From contig NC_086097.1 of assembly GCF_963921235.1 (NCBI RefSeq), positions 200,448,001-200,512,000 on the forward strand: a stretch of DNA of 64,000 bases. Direction: 5' to 3'. This stretch comes from Mobula hypostoma. Taxonomy: Eukaryota. The notes under the pieces are model-generated. The model was not told the origin of the DNA, made no database searches, and saw only the letters and a program-made list of their open reading frames with translations. Numbering within the stretch: the stretch's first letter is position 1; every line of letters begins with the position of its first letter. A program made the position numbers and the translations under genes. Shown here in pieces: positions 1 through 10,735 of the stretch.

Positions 1-473
1 CCTATGTCATTTCTCCAAAAGTACTTCAGAAGACACTGAATCAAATTGCGTCTCCTGCATATTTGCTCTCTTCCCCAGTCTATGTCCAGCTGATGACTAC
101 TATTATCTTCCATCGTTAAATTTGCATTAGGGTTGCAGATACCTGACCTAGAAATTTTTCTCAAAGAGCAATATTTATTTTTGTTTTCTGCAGAAGAACT
201 TAATCAAAGGTCTGATCCTATTTACAGTTTTCATAAGACAGCAAATTACTTTTGTTGTTCTGTACAAAAAGGCACACTTAGACTGCAGGACTCCAAGCTT
301 GAGCAGTGGCATGAAAAGATGCTGAATCCCTTTCAAATTCAGTGCAAGTTAAGTGGGACCAAATTGACCCCCAAGTCTATGGACTTCAGTACATGGATCC
401 TTGTACAACTAATTCTCTTTAATGTTTCTAACTATACATCACCTGCTCTATTATACCCACTATTTGCTGTGGT

Positions 474-1092
474 TTCAAGTTCAAGTTTATTATCATCTAA
501 CTGTACAAATGTACAACCAAATGAAACAACATTCCTCTGGATCACAGTGCACCCACAAAACAGGTATCACACACAGCACATAAAACAAAATATGACCACA
601 AGTAAGTTAATAAAATGTAACATGTAATTCAAGGTGTATGTTGTGTGCAGCACAGGTGAACAGTAATCAGCTCGCTCTCCTATTGACAGGACCTTAGTGC
701 TGGCAAGGTATTCATTAGAATCATATCCTGACCGCAATGGGTCAAAGAGATTGTGGGATAGGAGGTCAGGATCCTCAACAATGCTTTTAGGCCCTTTATA
801 TGCAGCCCTCCAGGTAAATGTCACAAATCAGTGGAGAGACCCTGATGATTCTCCCAGTGGCTTTTACTATGTTCTGTTGGGTCTTGTGGTACAATGCCTT
901 GCAGCTTCTGTACGACACAACAATGCAGCTAGACAGGACACTCTCGATAGTGTTCCTGTAGAAAGTTACTGGAATGGGGACTGCATGCCTCTTTCTCCTC
1001 AGAAAGCATAGACACTGTTGTGCTTTCTTGACTAACGAAGAGGTGTTGTGGGTCCAGTTTAGATTATCTGTTATGTCAACACCAAGAAACAT
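474..1092 (-). mobile_element. Rex1/Babar-like non-LTR retrotransposon, 3' part; continues at 4155-5330 after a CR1 insertion
   Basis: ORF 796..1146 contains FLGVDITDNLNWTHNTSSLVKKAQQCLCFLRR...FYRNTIESVLSSCI, the RT C-terminal motif of this clade. A (TCAAGT)2 tail lies at ~475. Confidence 0.8.
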
Positions 1093-3918
1093 AGAAATAT
1101 GGAAAATAGGTGCAGGAGTAGGCCATTTGGCCCTTCGAGCCTGCACCGCCTTTCAGCATGATCATGGCCGATCATCCAACTCAGAACCCTGTACCAGCCT
1201 TCCCTCCATACCCCCGATCCCTTTAGCCACAAGGGCCATATCTAACTCCCTCTTAAATATAGCCAATAAACTGGCCTCAATTGTTTCCTGTGGCAGAGAA
1301 TTCCAAAGATTCACCACTCTCTGTGTGAAGAAGTTTTTCTTCATCTCGATCCTAAAAGGCTTCCCCTTTATCCTTAAACTATAACCCCTCGTTCTGGACT
1401 TCCCCAACATCGGGAATAAACTTCCTGCATCTAACCTGTCCAATCCCTTTAGGATTTTATACATTTCAATAAGATCCCCCCTCAATCTTCTAAATTGCAG
1501 CGAGTATAAGCCTAGTTGATCCAGTCTTTCATCATATGAACGTCCTGCCCATCCCAGGAATCAATCTGGTGAACCTTCTTTGTACTCCCTCTATGGCAAG
1601 GATGTCTTTCCTCAGATTAGGGGACCAAAACTGCACACAATACTCCAGGTGTGGTCTCACCAAGGCCCTGTACAACTGCAGTAGTACCTCCCTGCTCCTG
1701 TACTCGAATCCTCTTGCTATAAATGCCAGCATACCATTCGCCTTTTTCACCGCCTGCTGTACCTGCATGCCCACTTTCAATGACTGGTGTATAATGACAC
1801 CCAGGTCTCGTTGCACCTCTCCTTTTCCTAATCGGCCACCGTTCAGATAATAATCTGTTTTCCTGTTCTTGCCACCAAAGTGGATAACCTCACATTTATC
1901 AACATTAAATTGCATCTGCCATGAATTTGCCTACTCACCTAACCTATCCAAGTCACCCTACATCCTCTTAGCATCCTCCTCACAGCTAACACTGCTGCCC
2001 AGCTTCGTGTCATCCGCAAACTTGGAGATGCTGCATTTAATTCCCTCATCCAAGTCATTAATATATATTGTAAACAACTGGGGTCCCAGCACTGAGCCTT
2101 GCGGTACCCCACTAGTCACTGCCTGCCGTTCTGAAAAGGTCCCGTTTATTCCCACTCTTTGCTTCCTGTCTGCCAACCATTCTCTATCCACATCAATACC
2201 ATACCACTAATACCGTGTGCTTTAAGTTTGCACACTAATCTCCTGGGTGGGACCTTGTCAAAAGCCTTTTAAAAATCCAAATATACCACATCCACAGGTT
2301 CTCCCCATCCACTATAAGAGTTACATCCTCAAAAAATTCTATGAGATTCGTCAGACATGATTTTCCTTTCACAAATCCATGCTGATTTTGTCCGATGATT
2401 TCACCGCTTTCCAAATGTGACTCTAGCATTTTCCCCACACCGATGTTAGGCTAACCAGTCTATAATTCCCCGGTCTCTCTCTCCCTCCCTTTTTAAAAAG
2501 CGGGATCACATTAGCCACCCTCTAATCCTCAGCAACTAGTCCAGAATCTAAAGAGTTTTGAAATATTATCACCAATGCATCCACTATTTCTTGGGCTACT
2601 TCCTTAAGCACTCTGGAATGCAGACCATCTGGCCCTGGGGATTTATCTGCCTTTAATCCCTTCAATTTACCTAACACCACTTCCCTGCTAACATGTATTT
2701 CCCTCAGTTCCTCCATCTCACTGGACCCTCTGTCCCCTACTATTTCCAGAAGATTATTTATGTCCTCTTTAGTGAACACAGAACCAAAGTAGTTATTCAA
2801 TTGGTCTGCCATGTCTTTGTTCCCCATGGTCAATTCACCTGTTTCTGACTGTAAGGGACCTACATTTGTCTTAACCAATCTTTTTCTTTTCACATATCTA
2901 TAAAAGCTTTTACAGTCAGGTTTTATGTTCCCTGCCAATTTTCTCTTGTAATCTTTTTTCCCTTTCCTAATTAAACCCTTTGTCCTCCTCTGCTGGACTC
3001 TGAATTTCTCCCAGTCCTCAGGTGAGCCACTTTTTCTGGCTAATTTGTATGTTTCTTCTTTGGAATTGATACTATCCCTAATTTCCCTTGTCAGCCACAG
3101 GTGCAGTACCTTCCCCGGTTTAATCTTTTGCCAAACTGGGATGAAGAATTGTTGTAGTTTATCCATGCGATCTTTAAATGCTTGCCATTGTATATCCACC
3201 GTCAACCCTTTAAGTATCATTTGCCAGTCTATCTTAGCTAATTCACGTCTCATACCTTTAAAGTTACCCTTCTTTAAGTTCAGAACCTTTGTTACTGAAT
3301 TAACTATGTCACTCTCCATCTTAATGAAGAATTCCACCATATTATGGTCACTCTTACCCAAGGGGCCTCTCACTACAAGATTGCTAATTAACCCTTCCTC
3401 ATTGCTCAATACCCAGTCTAGAATAGCCTGCTGTCTAGTTGGTTCCTCGACATGTTGGTTCAGAAAACCATCCCGCATATATTCCAAGAAATCCTCTTCC
3501 TCAACACCCTTCCCAATTTGGTTTACCCAATCTATATGTAGATTGAAGTCACCCATTATAACTGCTATTCCTTTATTGCACGCATTTCTAATTTCCTGTT
3601 TAATGCCATCCCCAACCTCACTACTACTGTTAGGTGGCCTGTACACAACTCCCACCAGTGTTTTATGTCCCTTAGTATTATGCATCTCTACCCATATCAA
3701 TTCCACATCCTCCTGGCTAATGTCCTTCCTTCCTATTGCGTTAATCTCTTCTCTAACCAGCAATGCAACCCCGCCTCCTTTTCTTTCATGTCTATCCCTC
3801 CTGAATATTGAATATCCTTGAATGTTGAGCTCCCATCCTTGGTCACCCTGGAGCCATGTCTCTGTGATCCCAACTATATCATATTCATTAATAACAATCT
3901 GCACTTTTAATTCATCCA

Positions 3919-4110
3919 ACAGGAATTCTGCAGATGCTGGAAATTCAAGCAACACACATAAAAGTTGCTGGTGAACGCAGCAGGCCAGGCAGCATCTCTA
4001 GGAAGAGGTGCAGTCGACGTTTCAGGCCGAGACCCTTCATCAGGATGAAGACCTCTTCCTAGAGATGCTGCCTGGCCTGCTGCGTTCACCAGCAACTTTT
4101 ATGTGTGTTG
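3919..4110. mobile_element. Fold-back mini-element derived from a Penelope-like terminal repeat, inserted in the CR1
   Basis: Perfect 63-bp inverted repeat (3947-4009 / 4051-4113) with a hammerhead core in the spacer. A 15-bp duplication CTTTTAATTCATCCA lies at 3904-3918 and 4111-4125. Confidence 0.85.
4011..4048 (-). ncRNA. Minimal type I hammerhead ribozyme motif
   Basis: Minus strand reads UCAUC-CUGAUGA-A-GGGU-CUCG-GCCU-GAAA-C-GUC^GACUG. Core boxes are intact, stem III is the palindromic ACGU, and stem I is imperfect. Confidence 0.75.
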
Positions 4111-4154
4111 CTTTTAATTCATCCACCTTGTTACGAATGCTCCTTACATTGACA

Positions 4155-5330
4155 GTCATTGTGCTTTTCATTCACTCCACGTCAGAGCCATTGATGTTCA
4201 ATGGAGAGTGATTAACCTGCACCTTCTTGAATCCTGTCCATGTTGAGACTCAGGTTGTTTTCCTCACACCATTTGAGAAGCCTCCATACCAACTCATGAT
4301 TGTTACTGAGGGCACCAGCACCAGCTGTGTCATCAGTTAATGATGATGCATTTTAAATTGGCTCTGGCAGTGCAGTCATGAACAGCAGTAAGCTGAGAAC
4401 AGCCCTGGGGTTACCAGTGCTCAGCATGGTGAAGCTTAAGATATTACTTCCAACTCGGACAGACCAGGGTTTCTCCCCATCAAGAAGTCCAAGATCCAGT
4501 TACAGAGAGGAGTGTTGAGTCCCAACAAGGACAGTTTACCCACGAGCCTCTGAGGGATGATTGTGTTAAACCGCAAGGTAAAGTGGATGAACAGTGTGAG
4601 TGAGTGAGGCTTCCGTTGGTCAAGGTCAACCTTGGATGTTACGTCCTAGTTGTCGAGATATGCAAGCCTGGGCATTACAATATGGATTTCAAGTTGTTGT
4701 CCATGTAGCAGGTTCCCACTCTTCATGCATCTGAGGAATCCAAAGGAACGGCAGAAACTGATACAGTTTGGTAACAGCAGTGTGTTGGGAGTTGCCAGTC
4801 AGCATTGAAATCAACGTAGGATTGCCTTAGGGGCTCCAGCTCTGGATTTGTTCCTCTTGGTTTACACCTAAAGCCTTCCCCAGGAGTGGATATAGCCACA
4901 AGGCAGTGGAGGTTTGAGATCAGAGTTTTCATTCTCCAAGATGAGCTGCCAACCACGGCTGACAAGCCCCATCTGCCCAAAGCGACAGGTTTTAAAGTGC
5001 CAATAGCCTGTCTTTGCTCCTTCTCCTGTCAGTAGAAACGGTTCCACCAGGCTTAGTAACTAAGCAACACATGAAGGTCAGGATCTGGACTTGGTTATCA
5101 GAGGCAATTTGAGGCGCAAACCATTGGGAGCATTTAATAGGTTATGGGAGCTTGTCCCCATTACCAGCCTCGGCTATAACAACCTTGGGGAACGAGTTGA
5201 TGAACAATAACTTGGTGCACCAGGCATCATTTTCTAGCTGGGACAGGACAGAGTGGAGGGCCGAGGCTATGCCATCATCAATGCACCAGATTGAGTGGTA
5301 GGTGAAGTGCTAAGGGTCCCAAGTAGCTGA
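4155..5330 (-). mobile_element. Rex1/Babar-like LINE, RT region continuing the 474-1092 element; interrupted at 4596-5194
   Basis: Degenerate RT motifs by eye (…[17 protein letters not shown]…LCNWILDFL…), collinear with the 29.2-30.1 kb copy. Confidence 0.7.
4596..5194 (-). mobile_element. Non-coding RTE-type short retroelement (~600 bp)
   Basis: (TCAC)n 3' tail at ~4596-4608. Flanking duplication AGT(G/T)GATGAACA at 4582-4593 / 5195-5206. The sequence resembles RTE-clade UTRs (by-eye recognition). Confidence 0.65.
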
Positions 5331-6589
5331 CTACCCACCAGCAGACCCTGGGTCAATCACATCCTGATCATCTCCCAACCCTGCAACTGAATGTGATCCC
5401 AAATCATCAACCCCTTGCAGATTCATTGATCCCCAAACAGATTGAAGTGTTTACCTCCCCATCCCTACCTCTCACTACACCTATGCCATAGATGTCTTAA
5501 CTATGAAATGCCGACAACCTGCAATGTGCTTGATTTTTTGTACTTGCTACACAATGAAGAGGAAAGACTTATCCACGTAAAGTGTATACTGCTAAAGTAA
5601 TATGCATAATAGCTTCTTTACTCATGAGAATATAAACTGTGATAACAGTCAGGGTCAAGTTCATTTCCTAATTAATTCTCCTGTCCATAGTCATTCTAAG
5701 GATATATACTGTATGATTTAACTTTTGAAAGGTATTGTGCCCCTACTTTACACTGCTTGTTGCGAAATTTCCTTCAAACTATATTTTTAGTCAGCTTCTC
5801 TATTTACTTTGTTGTGCTTGATCAGTATGTTTTAACCATCACTTCTATATAAGTAGAAATTGCTTATAATGCATCTGTTCTGAAGGGCTTGGAAAAGTTT
5901 TAATTATTCAGGAAGCAAGAAGGCGCAGAAGATTTGCATACTGGATTGAACATCCAAATGATACCGTGATATGGTTCAATATGATTTATCACCTCTTTTA
6001 TAATACAGAATTATCATTCCCAGTGTTAACAATGAGGTGAAACAGATAGAAATTGACCTTTCTATCAAAAAAGTAGTGAATATATTTTTAGTAAAACAGA
6101 GTTATGTATTTACTGCCCTACTAATGTCCCCATCAGTTGCATTGTCATTCTGATTGACAGGAGGATTCCCGCATTAGGGACATACACCTATGTTTGATAT
6201 CAACTGTATTTAAAAGGGGGGAAGCTAAAACTCTTCCGCAATTTTTAAATCAGACTCAGTGGTTTGGTTAAGGTCCCATCCAGAAAATGAGCAGCAGAGA
6301 AAGTGAACTGAGAATATTTAAAGGGGAACACACCAAAGCATGTCCCTTCACTTCAGAGGAATAGGATCACAGGTTGTAAAGGAATTGAATAAGATGGAGC
6401 AAGTTGCTAGGCAAAAAATGTCATGAAAGGAGTCAAAAAAGACACTGGTACCAAAGTGAAAGGTGCTATAGGAACAGAAGAAGATATCACAATTTCAATG
6501 AGATGTGATGCATTAGAAAATACCAGTTTAGTTATCATCGTCACCAGCAGGTCAGGATCTCACAATACACTGCCTGTCAGGATCAAATT

Positions 6590-6760
6590 TCAAACACTAC
6601 AGAATATACTGAATTCATTCAGAAGGTCCAGAGCATCTGTGGAAGGAGAACATGAGTGAACATCTCAGGTTTTAACGGAGGCCTTTATACCTAAAATATT
6701 CACTCTTTCTCTCCATTGAGACAGCCTGACTGATTGTTTCCAGCATTTTCTGTTTCTGGT
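6590..6760. mobile_element. Old degenerate Penelope-like terminal-repeat relic, probably in inverted arrangement
   Basis: CAGAAT…GCATCTGTGGAAGGAG on the left and CTCTCCA…CCTGACTGA…TTTCCAGCATTTTCTGTTT on the right resemble the arms at 3.9 kb. Confidence 0.45.
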
Positions 6761-6829
6761 TTTATTTAATAAATGGGTAGATATCAGAGACCAGCAAACT
6801 ATGATTTTGTGCCTATTGTAGGGAAGTGC

Positions 6830-8240
6830 CATGAATGGTTATGTCCCCTGCTGCTGACATGCAAACCAATTACTGTATAATCTGGAACATCGACTTCCCG
6901 TGGTTAACTTGCTCAGTGACTTTTAGATTAAAAATTGACCTTACAACTTTGGGGCTAGAAGACAGGGCTTCAGACTGCACCACTTCTCCATGAGTGGCTG
7001 GCAGATATCAGCAGTATCTGCGGCCTTCAGGGAGCCGCAGCCTTCTACCAACTGACGCAAGGCAGAAATCCATTCTCAGAATGACAATTTTCGTGACTTC
7101 CATCATCATCACCTCTGTCCTTGTTTTCAGCACATGCAGTTGCTGCAAAGACTCTTCTACCTCTGGTCACATAGGGTTACAACTGTGATGAGGATACGTG
7201 GTCTTCTGGTCAAGCGAGAGGTGCATGGTTACACCAGCTCTGGCTGGAAAATCAGAGGAGACTGTAAGATTAGGGAGGAGCAGGGTGAGAAAATACTGAT
7301 TAGAGATATGAGGAAATCATCTTTTGCAATATTCTCACCAGTCTGAGTGTTCAAGTTATTGATAGCCTGCCTGACTCCCATTGTTTCCCTGATGCAGCTG
7401 CCCATTCTGCTCCAGCAAGCGTGGCACAAATATGAAAGTGAGTGTTCGACAAACTGTTAATATGATGTGGCTTTCAAAGTGAATAATGATATGTACATAC
7501 AATGAAATGTTCATTCTTTATGTGCCATGTCGTATGGCTTGTGTGATGGCCTTTCCCCCACCGTAATTGTTCTTGACAAATTTTTCTACAGAAATGGTTT
7601 GCCATTGTCGCCTTCTGGGCAGTATCCTTACAAGATGGCTGACCACAGCCATTATCAATAGTCTTCAGAAATTGACTGCCTGGAAACAATGGTCACGTAA
7701 CCACGACTTGTGATATGCACTACCTGCACTCATGGCTTCACGTGACGCTGATTGAGAGGGGCTAAGCGTAAGCAGGTGCTGCACATTGCTCAAGTGTGAC
7801 CTTCAGGCTAGCGGAGGGAAGGTGTGCCTTGCACCTCCTTTGGGAGAGATGTATCTCCATCTCGTCACCCAACAATGAAATGTAGTTTTCCCAATGTAGC
7901 AGTGCTAAGTTCTTGAGGGTGTGTAATAGAATTGGAACATCTGGTATGGGTCCTAATTGACAGAGATTGTGAATGATGGGGTGAGACACATTGAGCAACG
8001 AGGTATGTTACTTTAGCTGGTGGGATGTGCTGTTTGAAGATGCATTCATTGAGCTTGACCATGTATATGAGGTCATCAAACTCTTTGCTTCACTGACTTC
8101 GAGTGCTTGGGAGTCCTTGGGAGCTCTTGGGCACTCCTTTTCTGAGCTAGCTACCTGAGACACTATTCAATTTAACAGCATGTTTGGTACTGGCCAGATG
8201 TTTCACTCTTGTTAATAAGCACCAGTTAAATGGGTTCAGG
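6830..8240 (-). mobile_element. Probable highly decayed PIF/Harbinger DNA transposon relic
   Basis: Minus-strand frameshifted peptides RRLRL, ADICQPL, LKVT and SAAGDI (7050 to 6840) occur in the order of HARBI1-like transposase N-termini. A possible Myb/SANT-like remnant lies near 8050-8200. Confidence 0.35.
7511..7871 (-). mobile_element. RTE-related SINE
   Basis: Perfect 12-bp TSD ACAATGAAATGT (7499-7510 / 7872-7883). The minus strand carries the RTE/BovA-like motif GAAGGCGACAATGGCAAACCATTTCTG. Confidence 0.75.
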
Positions 8241-8559
8241 TTATGAGTGTATCGTGATTCCTGTGTTTGTTTACGTTTCTTCTTAATCCCTCAAAATACA
8301 GTCTGCTTCCTAATGAGACAATCACATCAGTCTATTGCTCTATTTAGTAGACTTAATACACAAACATAAAAATAAATTTAAAGCTAAATAGGTGACAGGA
8401 AGCCAAAGTGCATTCAAATTGATGTGACAAGGCACTATCGTGGATAAGCAGCTCTGTGGGTTTTAGAGATCATACTTTAACTCCCTGCTGATAAAACAGT
8501 ACTGCATTGCATGGCTGTCCACATGATTTGATTGGTAGGTTTACATCAGATGTGATGAC

Positions 8560-9995
8560 TGCCATCTTGAGTAAAATACCCTGGTGGAAGGAACGTGGAA
8601 TGAAATACTGTGCCAGAAGCAATGAAGGAACTTGAACTGCTTTAAAAAAGAAACCTGAGGGGGGCCAATATCATTGTGGGCAGGTTTGATAGAACTGTTG
8701 GGGAGGATTTAACTAATTTGGCAGAGGGGATAGGAACTGAGTGATAGGGCTGAGGATTGGGCAATTGGTAAACAGGCAGAGGCAGTATGTAGTGAAACTG
8801 TCTGAAGGACAGGCAGACAAACAAGCAAAATTGCAGTCAGTGGGATGAGTTGCAGTATAACGAGGACAAAATTGAAAAGGGTGAAGAATACAGGACTGAA
8901 TGTGTTATATTTGAATGCAAGCAAATATATGAAATAAGGTAGATGATCTTGTAGCACAGTTAGAGATTGGCAGGTATAACGTGGACATCACTGAGTTGGG
9001 GCGGAAAGAAGATCATAGTTGAGAGCTTAGCATCCAAGGATACACATTGCATTGGAAAGACAGGCAGGTTAGCAGAAAATGAAAACTAATCCTTAGAATA
9101 TGTAGAATCACGGGTAGTGTTAAGGAAATGCAAGGGTAGAAAGACCCTGATGGGAGTTATATACAGCTCTCCAACCAGTAGCCAGGATGTGGGCTACAAA
9201 TTACAATGAGAAATAAAAAATGCATGTCAGAAGGTCAATGTTACGATAGTCATGGGGGATTTCAATGTGCAGGTGGATTGGGAAAATCAGGTTGGTGCCG
9301 ATTTTAGTTTCAAAAGAGAGAATTTGTAGTATGCCTATGAGATAGCTTTTTAGAGCAGCTTGTGGTTTTGTGGTTTTGTGGTTTTGTGGTTGAGCCCAAA
9401 AGGGGATCAGCTATTCTGTTCTGGGTGTGGAGTAATGAGCTAGATTTAGGGGGCTTAAGGTAAAGGAGCCCTTAGGAAGCAGCAATCATAATACGATAGA
9501 ACGCACCCTGTAATTTAAGATGGAGAAGTGCATCATTATTTTAGTGGAATAAAGAGAATTACAGAAGCATGAGAGAGGAGCTGGCCAAAGTTGACTGGAA
9601 GGGGGCACAAGCAACATAAAAGCAAAAGAGAAGGCATATAATAGAACAAAAATTATTGGGAAGTTGAGGATTGGGAAGCTTTTAAAAACCAACAGAAGGC
9701 AGCTAAAAAAGCCATTCGGAGTGAAAAGATGAAATATAAATGTAAGCTAGCTAATAATGTCAAAGTGCATATGAAAAGTTATTTCAGATATATAAAGAGA
9801 AGATGGGCGAGAGTAGATTTCAGACCACTGGAAAAAGATGCAGGAGAGGTAGTAGTGTGGGACAAGGAAAGGGCAGATGAACTGATTAAGTATTTTGCAT
9901 CAGTCTTCACTGCGGAAGTGCCTTACAGCAGTACGCCAGAAATTCGAAAGTGTCAGGGGGCAGAAGTTAGTACATTTGCTATTACTAGAGAGAAA
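8560..9995 (+). mobile_element. Old CR1 LINE fragment (end of ORF1, spacer, endonuclease, start of RT)
   Basis: Degenerate GTNI…RF, YLNA, MGDFN and ADELIKYFASVFT (ORF 9729..10025) motifs. Confidence 0.8.
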
Positions 9996-10007
9996 ATCAG
10001 AATCAGA

Positions 10008-10735
10008 ACTAGATGGCCACTTTAACTCATATGTATTGGTCTTATATAAAGCTAGATATCTTTTGCAGAGATGTCTTTAAAATGCTATCAAAAGTCTTGG
10101 ATCTGGATCTACAACCTAATTTGCTTATGGCAATTTTTGGGATTATCCTATTGGAAGCAGGAACCGTTCCTATTTCTGCTCAACGTAGGATAGCCTTTTC
10201 GACTTATTGGCTAGGAGAACCATTTTATTGAAGTGGAAGGATTCTAATCCACCTACGGTCTTTTCTTGGCTCTCCTCCATTATGTCCTGTTTAAGTTTAG
10301 AGAAAATAAGAAGTCGACATTTGATACATTTGAGCAAATCTGGCAACCTTTTATTCAATATTTTCATTTAATTTGATTTATTACTCTTCCAATTTTTTTT
10401 TTGAAGTTTTAGATTTGATCAGAAAGTCTTTCTTTTTTTTTTGGTCGTATCCTCAGAATGGAGTGCCCAGTCCTTTTTTTGTATAGGGTAGTGGGGTTTT
10501 CTTTTCTTCATTTAAATTTCAAAGCTTTTTCTTTCCTCTTCGTGAACTGACAAGAGGAGAATTGCTGTTTTCTTTTTTATTATATATTATATACTAGCTT
10601 AACACTATATATGATGTTGATGCCTATCTTAATCTCAGTTTGTATTGTTATTGATATATATATATTTGAGATAATTCTCCTCTTGTTTGTATTTATGTTC
10701 CTTTTAAATCAATAAAAAGATTAATAAAGAAAGAA
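10008..10735 (+). mobile_element. L1/Tx1-like LINE 3' end
   Basis: ORF 10013..10231 ATLTHMYWS…KL…DVF resembles the ORF2 C-terminal knuckle region. It is followed by a T-rich 3' UTR, AATAAA at ~10711 and an A-rich tail, and is flanked by AATCAGAA. Confidence 0.7.

Larger units (their letters stand above)
1093..4153 (-). mobile_element. CR1-clade LINE, 5'-truncated near the start of ORF2 (APE endonuclease + RT), young, frameshifted
   Basis: ORFs 2522..3955 (YDIVGITETW, GDFN, SDHN), 2235..2438 (QHGF), 1958..2191 ([14 protein letters not shown]), 1532..1915 and 1162..1485. An AACATAG-type tail lies at ~1095. Confidence 0.95.

Noticed and set aside
133..627. 164-aa ORF
   Set aside because: TTG start, no recognisable motif, and the 3' third runs into a Rex-like tail; probably a chance ORF.
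3045..3821. 258-aa + strand ORF and similar ones (15316, 20517, 22421, 29318)
   Set aside because: Antisense shadows of LINE ORFs, recurring wherever the same LINE segment occurs.
2522..3955. N-terminus MLLEFPASAEFL as the true CR1 ORF2 start
   Set aside because: It is contributed by the inserted fold-back element; the CR1 frame continues beyond 4111.
4731..4765. CTGAGGA…GAAAC as another hammerhead
   Set aside because: No stem II between the boxes and no NUH/stem I pairing.
9361..9392. (TGTGGTTT)n short tandem repeat
   Set aside because: Local slippage inside an old CR1; no spacers, so not CRISPR-like or telomeric.
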